A stretch of DNA of 64,000 nucleotides from NCBI GenBank assembly GCA_053919585.1, contig CM132816.1. One strand, written 5' to 3'. The stretch comes from Euprymna scolopes (Eukaryota). Of the stretch, positions 40,419 through 52,964 are shown one piece after another. Both the position numbers and the translations under genes were made by a program. The notes under the pieces were generated by a model. It ran no database searches. It had not been told where the DNA came from and saw only the letters and a program-made list of their open reading frames with translations. Every line of letters begins with the position of its first letter. The first letter of the stretch is position 1.

Positions 40419-42195
40419 CTTTCCTTTTCGTCGGTCTCTCTTACACACCCACACAACACACAAACACGCGGGCGTTTGTCTCCTGGATGCACATTACAAA
40501 ATATTTTTAAAGATGTTATTAAAGAAAATGATATCAGCCATTTTAACTTCAGTTTGGTTTGCTTTGGTTTGCTTTGCTTTGCTTTGGTTTGATTTAAGTA
40601 TATAAAGTTCGAAGTTCTGAAATGTGTATTGTTTTATCTTCATAAAAGAAATAGCATATTTTAATCTATACCTTTTTTCAAGACCTCCTTTGACATCTAG
40701 CTAAGACAAAATCCTGTCAGTAACTGATTTTAATAAGAAATATATATTATGTCAACTATTTCTTTTAAATAGTTTTATAATCAACCATCCGCTGTAAACT
40801 ACCTAGATGAACAGTTATATCCGAGGAATATGAAGAAATATTTCACATTAAATCTTGAACACAATCTAAATAGTTTCCATGTCACGTCACCAAGGTCATG
40901 TATTCGTAGATTTCGTTGTAAAAAGTAGAATGGCTTCTGAGTTGACCTGAATGTCAAAGGGTTTGAGTAAAGGGACGCGTTATTCCTCGTGTACGAGTAA
41001 ATATTATTGCCACATATAAGACGAATGGTTCAGTCATTAGGAGAATGGTTTAGTTGTATGCATGCAGCGGCTCTGCTTTTTTAACAGCGTCGGCGATCAC
41101 AGTTCTCCAAATTCGAGAGCCATGATAATCTCAGGAAGACAAGTAAAGACGGTAGTTTACCGTTGCTTTCCGTCTTGATTCGGGGTCGTATCTCGCTCCG
41201 TGAGGTAAACGCATCCCCAGATACCAATCTGGAAATTTCTACGACTCTGCGCGGTACATACATCGCCTAGCCTTCCCAAATTGTCACCAATCTGGTCAGA
41301 CTCATCGTTGCTAAACTTTGATGATCTGGCGAGAACCGGTGTCAATGTGATATTGTCGCGTATTGAGTTTAGTTGTAGCGTATTGAGTTTAGTTGTACAA
41401 CAGTAGAAGGCAGATTCCATAGATTACATGTATTAATAGTTTGTCAAGCTGCAGTATATGGATGATAAAGAAATTAGCTTTTTCTGAGAATAACGTATTT
41501 GTATATAATTTATTTATTATTTGTATATAATTTATTTATTATTTGTATATAATTTATTTATTATTTGTATATAATATCAAAATAAAAACGATACTTATTT
41601 GATGTACCATTTATATCAATCAAGTCGCATAAACGAAAAAAAATGCACGTTCAAGAAAAGAACAAAATGTGAAGACGAAGAAACGACATTCGGGAAATGG
41701 AAGTACTCCATTGCTACTGCAATCACGGATTTATACTTGACACAAATGTCATCATCCAATGAAGGATCTGTTGCTGCAACAGCCATACAAGTTCCAAACT
41801 CGCTGTTGTGCATTTTCATATTTAACAAAAAGAAGACGGTATTTGCTTGTGTTCGCCCTGTGGACGAACAAATTCGCCGACTGTGACACCATGCAGAAAA
41901 GTACCACCCTCCCTTGAAAACAGGGTCATCTGTAGGATGGCGACGCGTGATGCCTTAGGACGCGATCATGGTAGTCGAGCTATTCTCCCACTTCGGCCCT
42001 TATTTTGCCTAGACCAGAAGTCGGAGAGCTCTGCTCCTCATACTATATATACGTCTATCCCCGGCTGTATCATTTGATCTGATTCTTCTAAAGATTAAAA
42101 CCTTTTTTCTATTTTTTATTTTTCCTCCGAAATAAATATTAGAAGGTGATGATGGAGGGTTAGACACGTTCAGAATAAACATGATTCCACTGCCA

Positions 42196-42455
42196 AAGAG
42201 TAATGTTTTCAAAAAGTAATGTTTCTTAGAAGTAGTGTTTTAAGAGAGGAATCACTTACTTTCTTTGTAAAATTTCATTCTAAGAGTAATGTCCCCTGGG
42301 AATAGTGTTTTCTAAGACAAATATTCCTACACCTACTGCGAAATTACTTTTCATAAGTAATGTTTTCTAAAAACAATGTATTCTGAAATTAATGTACTAG
42401 TACAGCAATCTATTCTAAAAAAAATTGTATTCTGGAAGCAATGGATTCTAAGAAC
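42196..42455. repeat. Old degenerate ~16-bp minisatellite (AAGAGTAATGTTTTCT-like)
   Basis: Recurrent AGTAATGTTTTC / AATGTATTCT motifs at ~16-bp spacing. Confidence 0.55.
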
Positions 42456-42858
42456 GTAAATAAATATCCTTCCTATAGAATTACATTTCACAGTTTTATT
42501 CTGCATTAATAAACACATACATGGTTGATATGTCGTAAAATAAAATAACCAAACTATTTACCCAAATGCGATGTTCCAATTCTTTCAGACATTTTAGACG
42601 GAGCCTGCGGGATTGGAATCTGTACACATGGCATCACCGTTTGAGTTTACACTGTTCTGAGTTGGTCGGGTAAGAGTGCGGTGGGAATTTTTCGAGGCCG
42701 TGACGGTTGTTTGGGTTTCGAAGACAGACGATAAAAAGCAGAGGGTCGGGTGGAATTCAGCACTGGATGGGGAGGGGTACTCTTGAAAGACAAATTAGTA
42801 TATAAGAGTTTCGCTTTATTATATCACAGACTGCTAAATGTAGACGTTCATTGGATGA

Positions 42859-42860
<2 letters not shown>

Positions 42861-42929
<69 letters not shown>
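42861..42929. repeat. (TA)n microsatellite
   Basis: Perfect TA run. Confidence 0.99.
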
Positions 42930-42930
<1 letters not shown>

Positions 42931-42931
<1 letters not shown>

Positions 42932-44810
42932 TAGCAGGACCCGGTAACCGGCGTTTCCCGGCGGAAGCATGCAGACCCCCCCCATCCACATAAAAAAGTA
43001 CCGCTGTTGTTGTCGCCCAACCCCCAACCTCCTCATGTAAAGAACGGCTTGGAGAGGACACCGGCAACCTCCCTATGTTAAGAACGACTTTCGTAATAAC
43101 CCCACATTTTGTGAGTGAGAGTGTTGTTGTCAAAAAATTTATCCGAAATTTAACCTTGATAATCGCTCTCAGGATTCATACGCGCAAATACTCTGAACGA
43201 CCAACAAAAAAATTTGGTGGTAGCAGGGTCGGTCGGCCCGTGCGTATAATCTGGTGACCAGTGATAAAAAGTGCACAATACAGAGCATTATATCTCAGAA
43301 ACTATTTGTATCCGTCAAATAAAAATGAGATTTTCTAAGTCAGCATAGTGGGAAACCTTAAAAATCTCAATTAAAAAAAAAACTGTGCAGTTGGAGCTAA
43401 GGTAAAAAATTATATCAAAAAAGAACAACTGGTGTAAATGCAAATGTATAACAAATAAGTGTTCTCTTATGAAAAGTAAATAAGTTTTGTAACCTACATG
43501 CATAAATTATCGGGTTCAGGGTAGGTTTATTTTTGGTGGGGTGGGGGAATAACTGAGCGGAGATGGCGTTGTGTTCGTCAAATATAATTAAGATTTTCTG
43601 AATCAGCAGAGAGGGGAATCTACAAAACTTGTCATTTATAAGGAAAGTTTGTAGTTGGGGGTAAGGTAAAAATGATCTTTTCTTCAAAGAAAATAAAGTA
43701 CAACTCGTGTAAAAGCAAACATACAAAGGAGAGTTAGAGTTTATAGAATAAGTATATAGCATACGGCAAATATTGGGTTAATTGGGGCAGTAGACGTAGA
43801 CGTACTATTTGGTATTACAAAATTAAAGACGTAAAAATATATAAAATGTAATAAAGTATAGTAGAAAGAACACATCGCCGCTTGGAAGCGTAAACACACA
43901 AAGAAGAGTTCGCGTTTCGAGAATAAGTAAGTATACAGCATACATGGAGGAAATATAGGGTTTAGAGTATTTGGGGGTGTAGAACTCTTATGTGTTATAA
44001 AAAAGAGACTATGAATATTTAAAAATGTAAAGGCCCGGAATAAAGCACAGTAGAAGAAAACATCGTCGCTCCGTAAGCGTAAAACGTAGGCACACAAAGA
44101 AGGGGTACCGTTAGTAGAATAATCAAGTATATAGCGTACATACAGAAAATATTGGGCAATTTTGTTTATTTTTTAAAGGGAGATGTAGAAATGTTTATGT
44201 TATAAAAAAACTAAAGATATATTAAAAAAATATATAAATGGAACGGCCCGTAAAAAGCACAGTAGAAGGAAGAAATTGCCGCTCTGGACGCGTAAAAGGT
44301 AAACACGATTAAACGTAAATGTAATGTAATTTATTTTCAGGGTATTTTTTGTAGGATTTGGTTATTTCGTTTATTAGTTTATGTGTGTATATGTAAGTGT
44401 TGTGTATCAGTACTAAAATTTCTGATAATTAGAGTTTAACATTGTTGCATTTGGATTAATTTATTTTTTAACAGTTGCGTCGTGTAGAGAGAGCAGTCAT
44501 ATTTGTAAATGTCGACCGTGTTCGTTTATATAATAAGATTGTAATCCGGAATAATCTGTTTGTCAGGTCTCAACCAATGGGAAACGAGGGAATGTTAGAA
44601 AGGAGAAAATGTTATTTTTTAATTGGAAATTGAAAGTTAATGGAATGTATACGAGTTTTTATGCAATGACGAAGGGTGCAAGGTCAGTATAGTAATAATG
44701 TATGTACTTCTTCCCGGAGATGACTGGGTGCGGTGGAAGGACATAAGAATTAGAGGGGGAAATACGAACTATTTACTGTATTTTGATCCAGAGCGGAATT
44801 TCTGCAAGCA

Positions 44811-44815
<5 letters not shown>
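42931..44815 (-). mobile_element. Possible non-autonomous Helitron with diverged internal ~190-bp tandem repeats
   Basis: Minus-strand 3' end CCGGGAAACGCCGG...CCTG-CTAG next to a TA run. The other end merges into the next TA run, and no clean TC start is seen. Confidence 0.45.
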
Positions 44816-44863
<48 letters not shown>

Positions 44864-44866
<3 letters not shown>

Positions 44867-45451
44867 AGTTGTTGCATAAGTTCCTGCCGTTTTATAAGAA
44901 AATTTGATTCTAAAACATGTTTTGATATTTGGCAAAGTCTTATATATCATTAGAAAGCACGTAATTTGTTCTACAAGATAATGGTCATCGTTTTTTGCTC
45001 ACACAATGTTTTTCGTTTTTTAGAACAGACAAACGGATTGTCAAGTCACATGTTTGACACCTCCTTCTTTTCGTCTTTAATCGAGACCAAAAAGCGAGTG
45101 ACATGACCAAGGATATTTATGCCGTATATGGAGAAAACGCTATAGCTGAGAGAACTGTTCTAGATTGGTTTATCAGATTCAAACACGGTCATTTTGACCT
45201 TAATAACGCTCCTCGTTCTGGAAGACCAATCAAGATAGACGAAGATCAACTCAGGGTTCTTTTAAAGGAAGATGGCCATCAGACATGTAGAGAATTGGGT
45301 AAAAAGATGAAGCGTGATTTTGCGACAATTTCGCGCCATCTTCAGTCGATGGAATCCACACAAAAATTTGGAGCTTAGGTCCCATATGAACTTTTGCTGT
45401 TAAAATTCTTTGATTTTCTTAAAGAAAACAGCGGGAACTCATGCAACAACC

Positions 45452-45454
<3 letters not shown>
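44864..45454 (+). mobile_element. Internally deleted mariner (Tc1/mariner) element with both TIRs, embedded in (TA)n
   Basis: TIRs TCAAGTTGTTGCATAAGTTCCTGCCGTTTT and AAAACAGCGGGAACTCATGCAACAACCTAA. ORF 45103-45378 matches the mariner HTH region (VYGENAIAERTVLDWFIRFKHG...PRSGRP) and ends at GA*VPYEL, a decayed WVPHEL. No DDD catalytic domain. Confidence 0.92.
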
Positions 45455-45512
<58 letters not shown>

Positions 45513-45514
45513 GT

Positions 45515-48500
45515 ATATATTGTGAGAAATTTCAGCATCATAATTATTAATAATCAAACGAGGGTAATAGCCTATTTGTAGAAAATGATTTGGAGTTAAA
45601 ATACTAAAGTCTTTGTTGGCAAAAGCAATATAAGTGAGAGGTCTGTCATCTATTGCCTTTTGCACATCAGAAAGTGCATCAGAAATTCAAAATAATCCAA
45701 CTTTCTTCTGCCCAACAGTTTTCTCATACATTGCTTGAGGGTTTTAATAAGTCTCTCCCAAGCTCCCCCATGCCAGGCAGAATAAAGAGGAAATGTTCGA
45801 AGAATGATGTGAATAGATTTAAATTGTTCTTTCAGCACGTCAGATTTGAGCACGCTCGACAACAATATTCTGGACGCAACAAAAGATTTCGCGTTATCGG
45901 AATATACATGCGTAGGTATACCAAATAAATTGGTAAACCTAACAAAGGCCAGCATGAAAGAGCGGGTGCTCATAATTGCAATAATTCCAAGTGAATTGCG
46001 CGCAAACTCTTGCATGTAAAGAGCAATACGTACATTTTAACGTCTACCCCTCTAACCTTTATGGAAAATTGTCCGGTAAAATCCACACCCACTTGTTTTA
46101 ATGGGAGATCAAAGTTTACCATATGAGCAGGCAATAGAGACCCTGCAGGTGCCTTACAAGGCAGAGAATTTATTTTTTTACATACGATACAAGTATGCAA
46201 GAATGCTTTTACGGCTTGTCTCCCCTGAGGGATCTAAACCTCAGACAGCCTTAACTTACTAAGGGTTAAATTAACCCCCATGTGGCAACAGTTCAAATGA
46301 GTTTCCTTAATCGCTAGCTTTGTTAAATAATGATTTTTTCCCTAACAAAAAGGGAAACTTGACCTCAAAGGTCAGAATATCAGAATTCTGTATTCTACCT
46401 CTGGTTCTAATTAACCCATCTTTATCAAGAAATAAATCTAAGGCAGTTACCTTAGGGAGAGGCACTTTATCGGAAGGTTGTTTCAAGTAACCTAGTTTAT
46501 GTGAGAAGGCCTCCATTTCCATGTTAGCAAATAGTAATAATTTGGCCCTATTAAAATTGTCAGCACTACAGTGACGTAACAAATCATAAAATTTCAACAC
46601 TTTTTCTAAGACGCCAATTGCCTTAGATAAGCTGAAATACCAATGGGAAGGTATTTTCAGAAGGACGTGTCTCCTGAGAGTACAAACATGATACAATTTT
46701 TTTATTAGTTTCGTTTAGACAATTGGCCAATAATCTTTATTAAACATACATCCAGAAATTGAATAACTGGGAAAATTTAGAAGTATTGAGAGCTATCAAT
46801 ACTTCTGATATTTGCGAAAGAATCCCCCGTTTGGTATTGACCCCAGGGTCCACTAAAGTGGGAGAGATTTTGAACGTATCCCGAATAGGATCATATTGAT
46901 ATCTCAATACCTTCTCAAAGGCTGGGAATGGAGAAGAAATGGTTTCATCCTCCAATATGTTATTTTGTATATTAGCACAGTTAGAATTGCAGGATCGCAA
47001 ATCGAATCCTGCCTCGAACAATCTGCTGAAAACATTGTTATAAATAGTAAGTAAGGATTGTCACAACTGGTAGTGACAAGATTATCCACGTAAAAATTGT
47101 TGGAAATAATATGCAAAGCTGAATCCTTCGCATATTTTTCTGCATGAAATTTCAATATGAAGTTCGGTATAAAGGGCTAGCATTGAACCCAAATATAATT
47201 GTTTTGTACCTGTATGTACATAATCTGCCACCCTTCTTAAAGAAGAAGCAAAATATGTTCTTATTCTCTTCTGATTTAAGGTAAATTCGTAAAAAGGCCT
47301 TCCTTATATCACCTAGAAGGACATATTCGTTTTTCCTGAAATCCAGCAATAAATCCAATAATTTAGCAGAGAAGTTCACACCTATTTAGGCAGCGTCATT
47401 AATCGATGCTCTCTCTCGACGTTTCAGGAAGCAGTTAAATACGGGACGAATTTTTGTCGTCACTCCGGATCCCTCTGTAATAACGGGTCTATGCGGAACC
47501 CAAATATAATCTTCATGATTTCCAGGTGGGACAAAAAACTGCTCCACTATTCCACATTCCTCATAATCCTCAAACACTTGGAGGTACTTATTATACATTC
47601 CCTTCCTTTCTAAGGATCTGCCACTCTCTCCATTATCCTCAAGGAAGACACAAAATTACTTTTTACATGTGGGAGTTTATCTTGATGTCACGGTAAATTT
47701 ATATAGCATTTTCCTTCGCTTAAGACGATGGAGTCTTTAAACTCCTCTATCTTCTTTTTGTCCACGGCAGATAATTTGACCTCTTCTTCGATTCCTAATG
47801 AGTCGAGAGTGAATAATGTCTCTACCCCTCGTTCAACTGTAGATTTGAAGAAGAAAGGTTTTAGAGTAGAACTGATTAAATAGCTGTTTTATTCAGGAAG
47901 GGATTTCAAAACGCTATTAAAGGGAGGCGACTCTACCTTATTCAAAAAATTATTCAAAAAATGTTGGCGCTTGCCAAATGGAATTACGTAATTACCGTGT
48001 TTCCATGCGTTGCCGCCAAGACACCCAACCAAGCTGAGATTATTTAATTTACCCAGAAATTCCAAACCAATAATCCCGATAATGGAAGTTCCACTTAAAT
48101 TCTTATAACCGGGACAAAGCCAGAATCCTTTTTGAGTTAAGTTATTAACAACTTTATCGAAATGATCAACTTTGAATTTTAAATTCAAATCCCTGGAAAA
48201 TAACGCCCCAAATTTAAAAGGATTTTGATCACCCAATTTTATAGATATATTGTGCTCCTGCAATCTCAAGGAGTCATTACCAATTAACGTATTCACCTTC
48301 TTGAGTTTTATTGTTTTAGCCGAACATAATTTAAATAGAATTTCCTGGGCGAAAAACTATCGTTGACTCCCACTATCAATCAAACAGAAAAAGTAAATAG
48401 GTCGACCATGAGCTTTCATCGATATTCTAAGGACAGGAAAATACTGTTCTGTTGTCCAGAATATGTTGTTCTGCCCACAAAGGACTTATTTCCCTTAGGA

Positions 48501-50030
48501 CACATTACACTAAAGTGTTTTTTTAATCCACAGACTGCACATGGGTAAGGAAACTCCTTACATCCTCGACAAACAGCATCCGAGTGTTCACCCAGACACG
48601 AAGTACATAATTTCAATTCCTTGGCCCTTCGGCATTTAGCTTCGAAAGAAGAATATTTTTTACAGTTCTTAATCAAATGGTCTATAGCATCGCAGAGCTT
48701 ACATAATAAAATGGCCTTCACCTCGCGTGGAGAAGACGCCATATTGGATTTTGTATTAGGTGAAGAAGACGCCATATTGGATTTTGTATCAGGTGAAAAA
48801 GATGCCATATTGGATGTTGTATCAGGTGAAGAAGACGCCATATTGGAGTTTGTATTAGGTGAAGAAGACGGCATATTGGATTTTGTATTAGGTGAAGAAG
48901 ACGCCATATTGGAGTTTGTATTAGGTGAAGAAGACGGCATATTGGATTTTGTATTAGGTGAAGAAGACGCCATATTGGATTTTGTATTAGGTGAAGAAGA
49001 CGCCAATCTTGGCGCACAATTTTCCCGCTGAACATCGAGCGGGGCGGCAATCATGGATTCCATAAATATTATAGTATTTAGAGAACCGTTCGCCACTTCT
49101 ACTCATTAATTCTCTCCTTATAATGTTAGGAAATTTAGCAAATAATACATGGGCTATCAATGCCCCCGAGGTTCTACCCTCAATAAAAAAAAAGTCAGTC
49201 TCGAAAGACTTATCTAGTTCTGTCAGATCTCGTTTAACCTTTTCGAGAAATGACCTTAAATTTTTTTGATCCATTACGCGAGACGGACTAGGAATAATCT
49301 CATCGAAAACCCAATTTCTAATTAAATCTGGATTTAAATATTTTCCCTTAAAAGTTCCACGGCTACATCATAGTTGTTCAATGTTACATATAGACTGGAG
49401 ACCACTTCAAAGGCTTCTCCAAGTAGTTTAGATTTAAGCACTTACAATTTGTCAGCCTTGTTCAAATTATCTGTACAAAATTTGAATTTATTCAGAAAGG
49501 TTCTGAACGAAAACTTATCATCTATGGACGTTCTGGAAAACTTCGGACAGTGCATTTTTACGGGCATAATCGTCGTAGGTTGAATATCTCGTGGCGTATC
49601 TATTTTCAGTTTCAACGATAACAATTTTTCTTCAATTTCCGAAGAAAACTCCTCCGAAATCTCACAAAGGTGCGATTTCTCCTCATTTGGAGTCTTGATT
49701 AGAACCATGTATATCAGATCATCCAGATCCTTCAACCAACTTCTAATTACCGTCTCTGGGGACCTTAAAATATCTGGCGAAGGGTTGTTAACTGCTAACC
49801 ACTTCACAGCACTATTTATACGAAGCTTTTTGGCTTCCCATTTAGTCATTAATTCCTTTCGTCCTTAGAGAACAATTAATAAAATAGCAGAGATATAATT
49901 ATCCGCAAATGTATAAGGTGGCGAAAACCTCCAATATTATTCCAAAACGGAATCGTAACCACAAATCAATAAACACAACGCTAACGAAATTTGTCGTCAG
50001 CAATTTATCGGCCCCAAAATTAGGGGAAAA
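45515..50030 (-). mobile_element. Degenerate BEL/Pao LTR retrotransposon internal region (gag-PR-RT-partial RNase H-integrase)
   Basis: Triple Cys/His knuckle (CKLCDAIDHLIKNC, CTSCLGEHSDAVC, CAVCGLKKHFSVMC), protease CLIDSGSQ (~48363-48386), RT motifs VPHRPV...TTKIRPVFNC, GDIRKAFL and NFYVDN, then DKDGLIRTRGRI and integrase GVDFTG, SDNAKSF, WHGGAWERLI, LTPNHFL. Many frameshifts; 3' end truncated. Confidence 0.93.
48729..49005 (-). repeat. 33-bp in-frame minisatellite in BEL gag, ~8 copies of MASSSPNTKSN
   Basis: Unit GGTGAAGAAGACGCCATATTGGATTTTGTATTA, lying immediately upstream of the zinc knuckles in ORF 48416-49096. Confidence 0.95.
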
Positions 50031-50636
50031 TGCTCTAAGGAATAAGAATCAAGCTCTAAACCAAACTCAAAATTCCCCAGCTACACCAAGAGACATGCAG
50101 ATAAATGGGGGGGGGGCTAACCCTTTCCCGTTATTTATCTTTTTTTTATCGAATAAAATTTCAACCCACAGTATTATTTTAGCACAAAATAAATTCAATG
50201 TGAATATTCAAACATGGCAATGCAAATCATCAATCAAACATTAGCAGATCTCAATTCAATTCAATCAATTAATTTAAAATTAAATTAATATTTAATGCGT
50301 GAAGATAGAACACATTCAAATTTAGTGTGATTTTTACATTTAGACATTTAAATCAAGAAAAAAATCATTAACGGTTTCTCTTACTCTTTTTTTTTCAATT
50401 CAAATCACGTGGGATTTTAATTCGAATAAATGCAACTTAATATACTTGTAACTTACGACCACAATTTCAAGGTCGAATTAATCATTATTTAAACACAATT
50501 TCAAATGTAAGGACGATTCCTTTTAATTTTTAATTTTTTTTTCGTGCAAACACATCGTTAATGGAGACTTATAATCAAGGTCATATTAATTTTTAGCGAC
50601 TGAGGTTAAGTTCAAATTCGAAATTAACGAACGAAA

Positions 50637-50689
<53 letters not shown>

Positions 50690-50690
<1 letters not shown>

Positions 50691-51378
50691 TAGCTGTACC
50701 CTGCCACGCGTTGCAGTGGCTCAATTTGGTGTAATGGAAAAATCTAATAAAAGAGAAAATGCATGTTTCTTATATTAGTACAGCAATCCACTGCAAAAAG
50801 TGAAAAAGAAGGCGAAACTGAAAAAAATGGTGCTCTTACAGAATTTGATCTGGATCCTCGAGAGTTTCTGTCAATCATTCATGTTTTGGACTTGACCAAC
50901 AATCAGTGGATGAAGCCGAACGTAGCAAAAATGTTGAAACGCTAAATGCTTTTTTTTTGTTTAAAAAAATGTGATTTAGTAATTAATATTTGGTTGATGG
51001 TGGGGGGAGGGGGGCCTTATATAATAAAGAAAAGATGTGTAAATTAAAAAAATTTGGAAGATAAACAAATGAAATATGTTTTTTTTTTTTTTACTTATCG
51101 AGTTAACAGAAAATGAAACCTTTCGTCAATTCGTGGCTGTGAAATGAATCGAACCGGAAGTTCAGTTTTATCAACAGAACAGATTCGCAGAAACGATAAA
51201 TAAATATATTTATTTTATTTAATATTTTAATTTTAATTAGGTAAATTTATTTTAATAACATAAAAACATACCTCGACTCTAAAAATGGGTTGTCTGAAAA
51301 TTTCAAATAAATTGGTAACGTATAAACATGGTTTTATTTCTTTAGAACGAACCAACTTTACATTTTTATATATATAGA
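50690..51378 (-). mobile_element. Complete non-autonomous Helitron (~690 bp)
   Basis: Minus strand begins A|TCTATATATATAAAA and ends with hairpin GCCAC-TGCAACGC-GTGGC, a 9-nt spacer and CTAG|T. Canonical AT insertion site with no TSD. Confidence 0.85.
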
Positions 51379-51386
51379 TATATATA

Positions 51387-51730
51387 TTGGAATATCCTTT
51401 AAATTAAGTCTCATGTCTGTAGACCAAAAACAGACAGAGGAGTTTGCTAGGCAAAATATTTCAAACAAATATATATACGCATACAAAAATATATATAAAA
51501 ATGTTTGTGTTTACTATAATATTTTTACGCAAATATTACGTAAGTATAAATCATGTAGAGTATCTGCATGAATATAATTACACGTAATAGTTAACTAAAG
51601 ATTATCATTCCATGACTAATAGGGAATTAATTAAAATTAATGTTTAAAAGAATATGCAAATTAGCTCGAGCTTTTTCAGGTGAATAAAATTCCACGATCC
51701 ATATATAACATAAGTGTATTTTCTTTTTAG

Positions 51731-51792
<62 letters not shown>

Positions 51793-51850
51793 CTTACTAA
51801 ACTCCTCTGTCTGCATGACATGAGACTTAATTTAAAGAATATTCCAACCC
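51387..51850. mobile_element. MITE with ~60-bp imperfect TIRs and internal (TA)n
   Basis: Left end TTGGAATATCCTTTAAATTAAGTCTCATGTC...CAGACAGAGGAGTTT matches right end AAACTCCTCTGTCTG...GACATGAGACTTAATTTAAAGAATATTCCAACCC. The terminal GGG is missing on the left. Confidence 0.8.
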
Positions 51851-52194
51851 ATGCAAAACTTTATATTTGGGTTTTAGCCGTGGAAAATCGGTATACAAGT
51901 GTGGAAATTAGAAAAATGGAATTCGAACGATAGCATTACGAATATGCATGCGTAACGTAATAATTATTGGTTTATGTTTTAATTTTTAGCCTTGCAGCAA
52001 ACATGTCTTCATTGCTGAGGCATTACTGTCAAAGGATAAAGAAAAACGTAAGCTAAACGTTTTGGTCTCGATTCTCGGTGGTGACACACGAGTTGTTGTT
52101 TTTTTAACTTTTTTTTTAACTTCATTATCATATATTGAGTTTAATATAATATAATAATAAATACGAAATATGCATTAATCGAATATATTGAAGC

Positions 52195-52231
52195 GTATTT
52201 TACGCCCGGGTTATGTTGGTCGACCTGCTAG
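52195..52231 (+). mobile_element. Helitron-like 3' terminus
   Basis: CCCGGGTTATGTTGGTCGACCTG-CTAG|TATATATA resembles the ends at 25061 and 42931. The 5' boundary is unknown. Confidence 0.4.
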
Positions 52232-52347
52232 TATATATATAATGAAAACATTAACTGTTTTAAAAAACCATTTTGAATGCAAATAAAAGAATTTATTTAT
52301 TTAGTTATCTGTTTATTCTACATTTTTCATTTCAAGATACTTCTAAT

Positions 52348-52478
52348 NNNNNNNNNNNNNNNNNNNNNNNNNNNNNNNNNNNNNNNNNNNNNNNNNNNNN
52401 NNNNNNNNNNNNNNNNNNNNNNNNNNNNNNNNNNNNNNNNNNNNNNNNNNNNNNNNNNNNNNNNNNNNNNNNNNNNNN
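52348..52478. other. Assembly gap (N run)
   Basis: 131 N. Confidence 1.
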
Positions 52479-52964
52479 CCTCCCCCTTCTACCCGTAATA
52501 TACAAGTTGCCCCCTTCAACATACTGGACCAATAATAAATTGTACTTTGAACAAAATAACATATTCTCAGAACGCAGGTATTCCGTGATCACAAAAAAAA
52601 CGATAAGATCGCAGAATATGTGTTTCGTAGGTTTTTACAACTTTTAGCTATTTTTTTTTTTTTTTTTTTTTAGTATTTCCTACGTATTTTTTTAACCATT
52701 TCAGCGCGTTTCGTCCCTCGATCTTCTACCAAATTTTTTAAGGAATTTACCAAAAATGAAATCTAAAATTTAAAAAGTATTTTACTACAGGAAGTTTGAT
52801 ATACTGTCAAAAATTAGAAATCAAGAGATTATTTGAAAAATAGAGAAGGAGTGTCAGAAAGTGTTGGTATAGAGGTGCGAAAAATCGAATTAAATTGGAA
52901 CAACTTTCTTAACAAAATGTTGAAAAAAATATTTGAATTTGTAAGAGAAACTCATGAAATCCTA

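Noticed and set aside
41081-41990. Possible Penelope RT/GIY-YIG traces, or an exon at 41088-41204
   Set aside because: ESNGKLPSL and STGRT-like echoes are in the wrong order for one element, and the splice signals alone are insufficient.
50030-50640. 5' LTR of the BEL element
   Set aside because: Position is plausible, but no second LTR or clear TG...CA boundaries could be identified.
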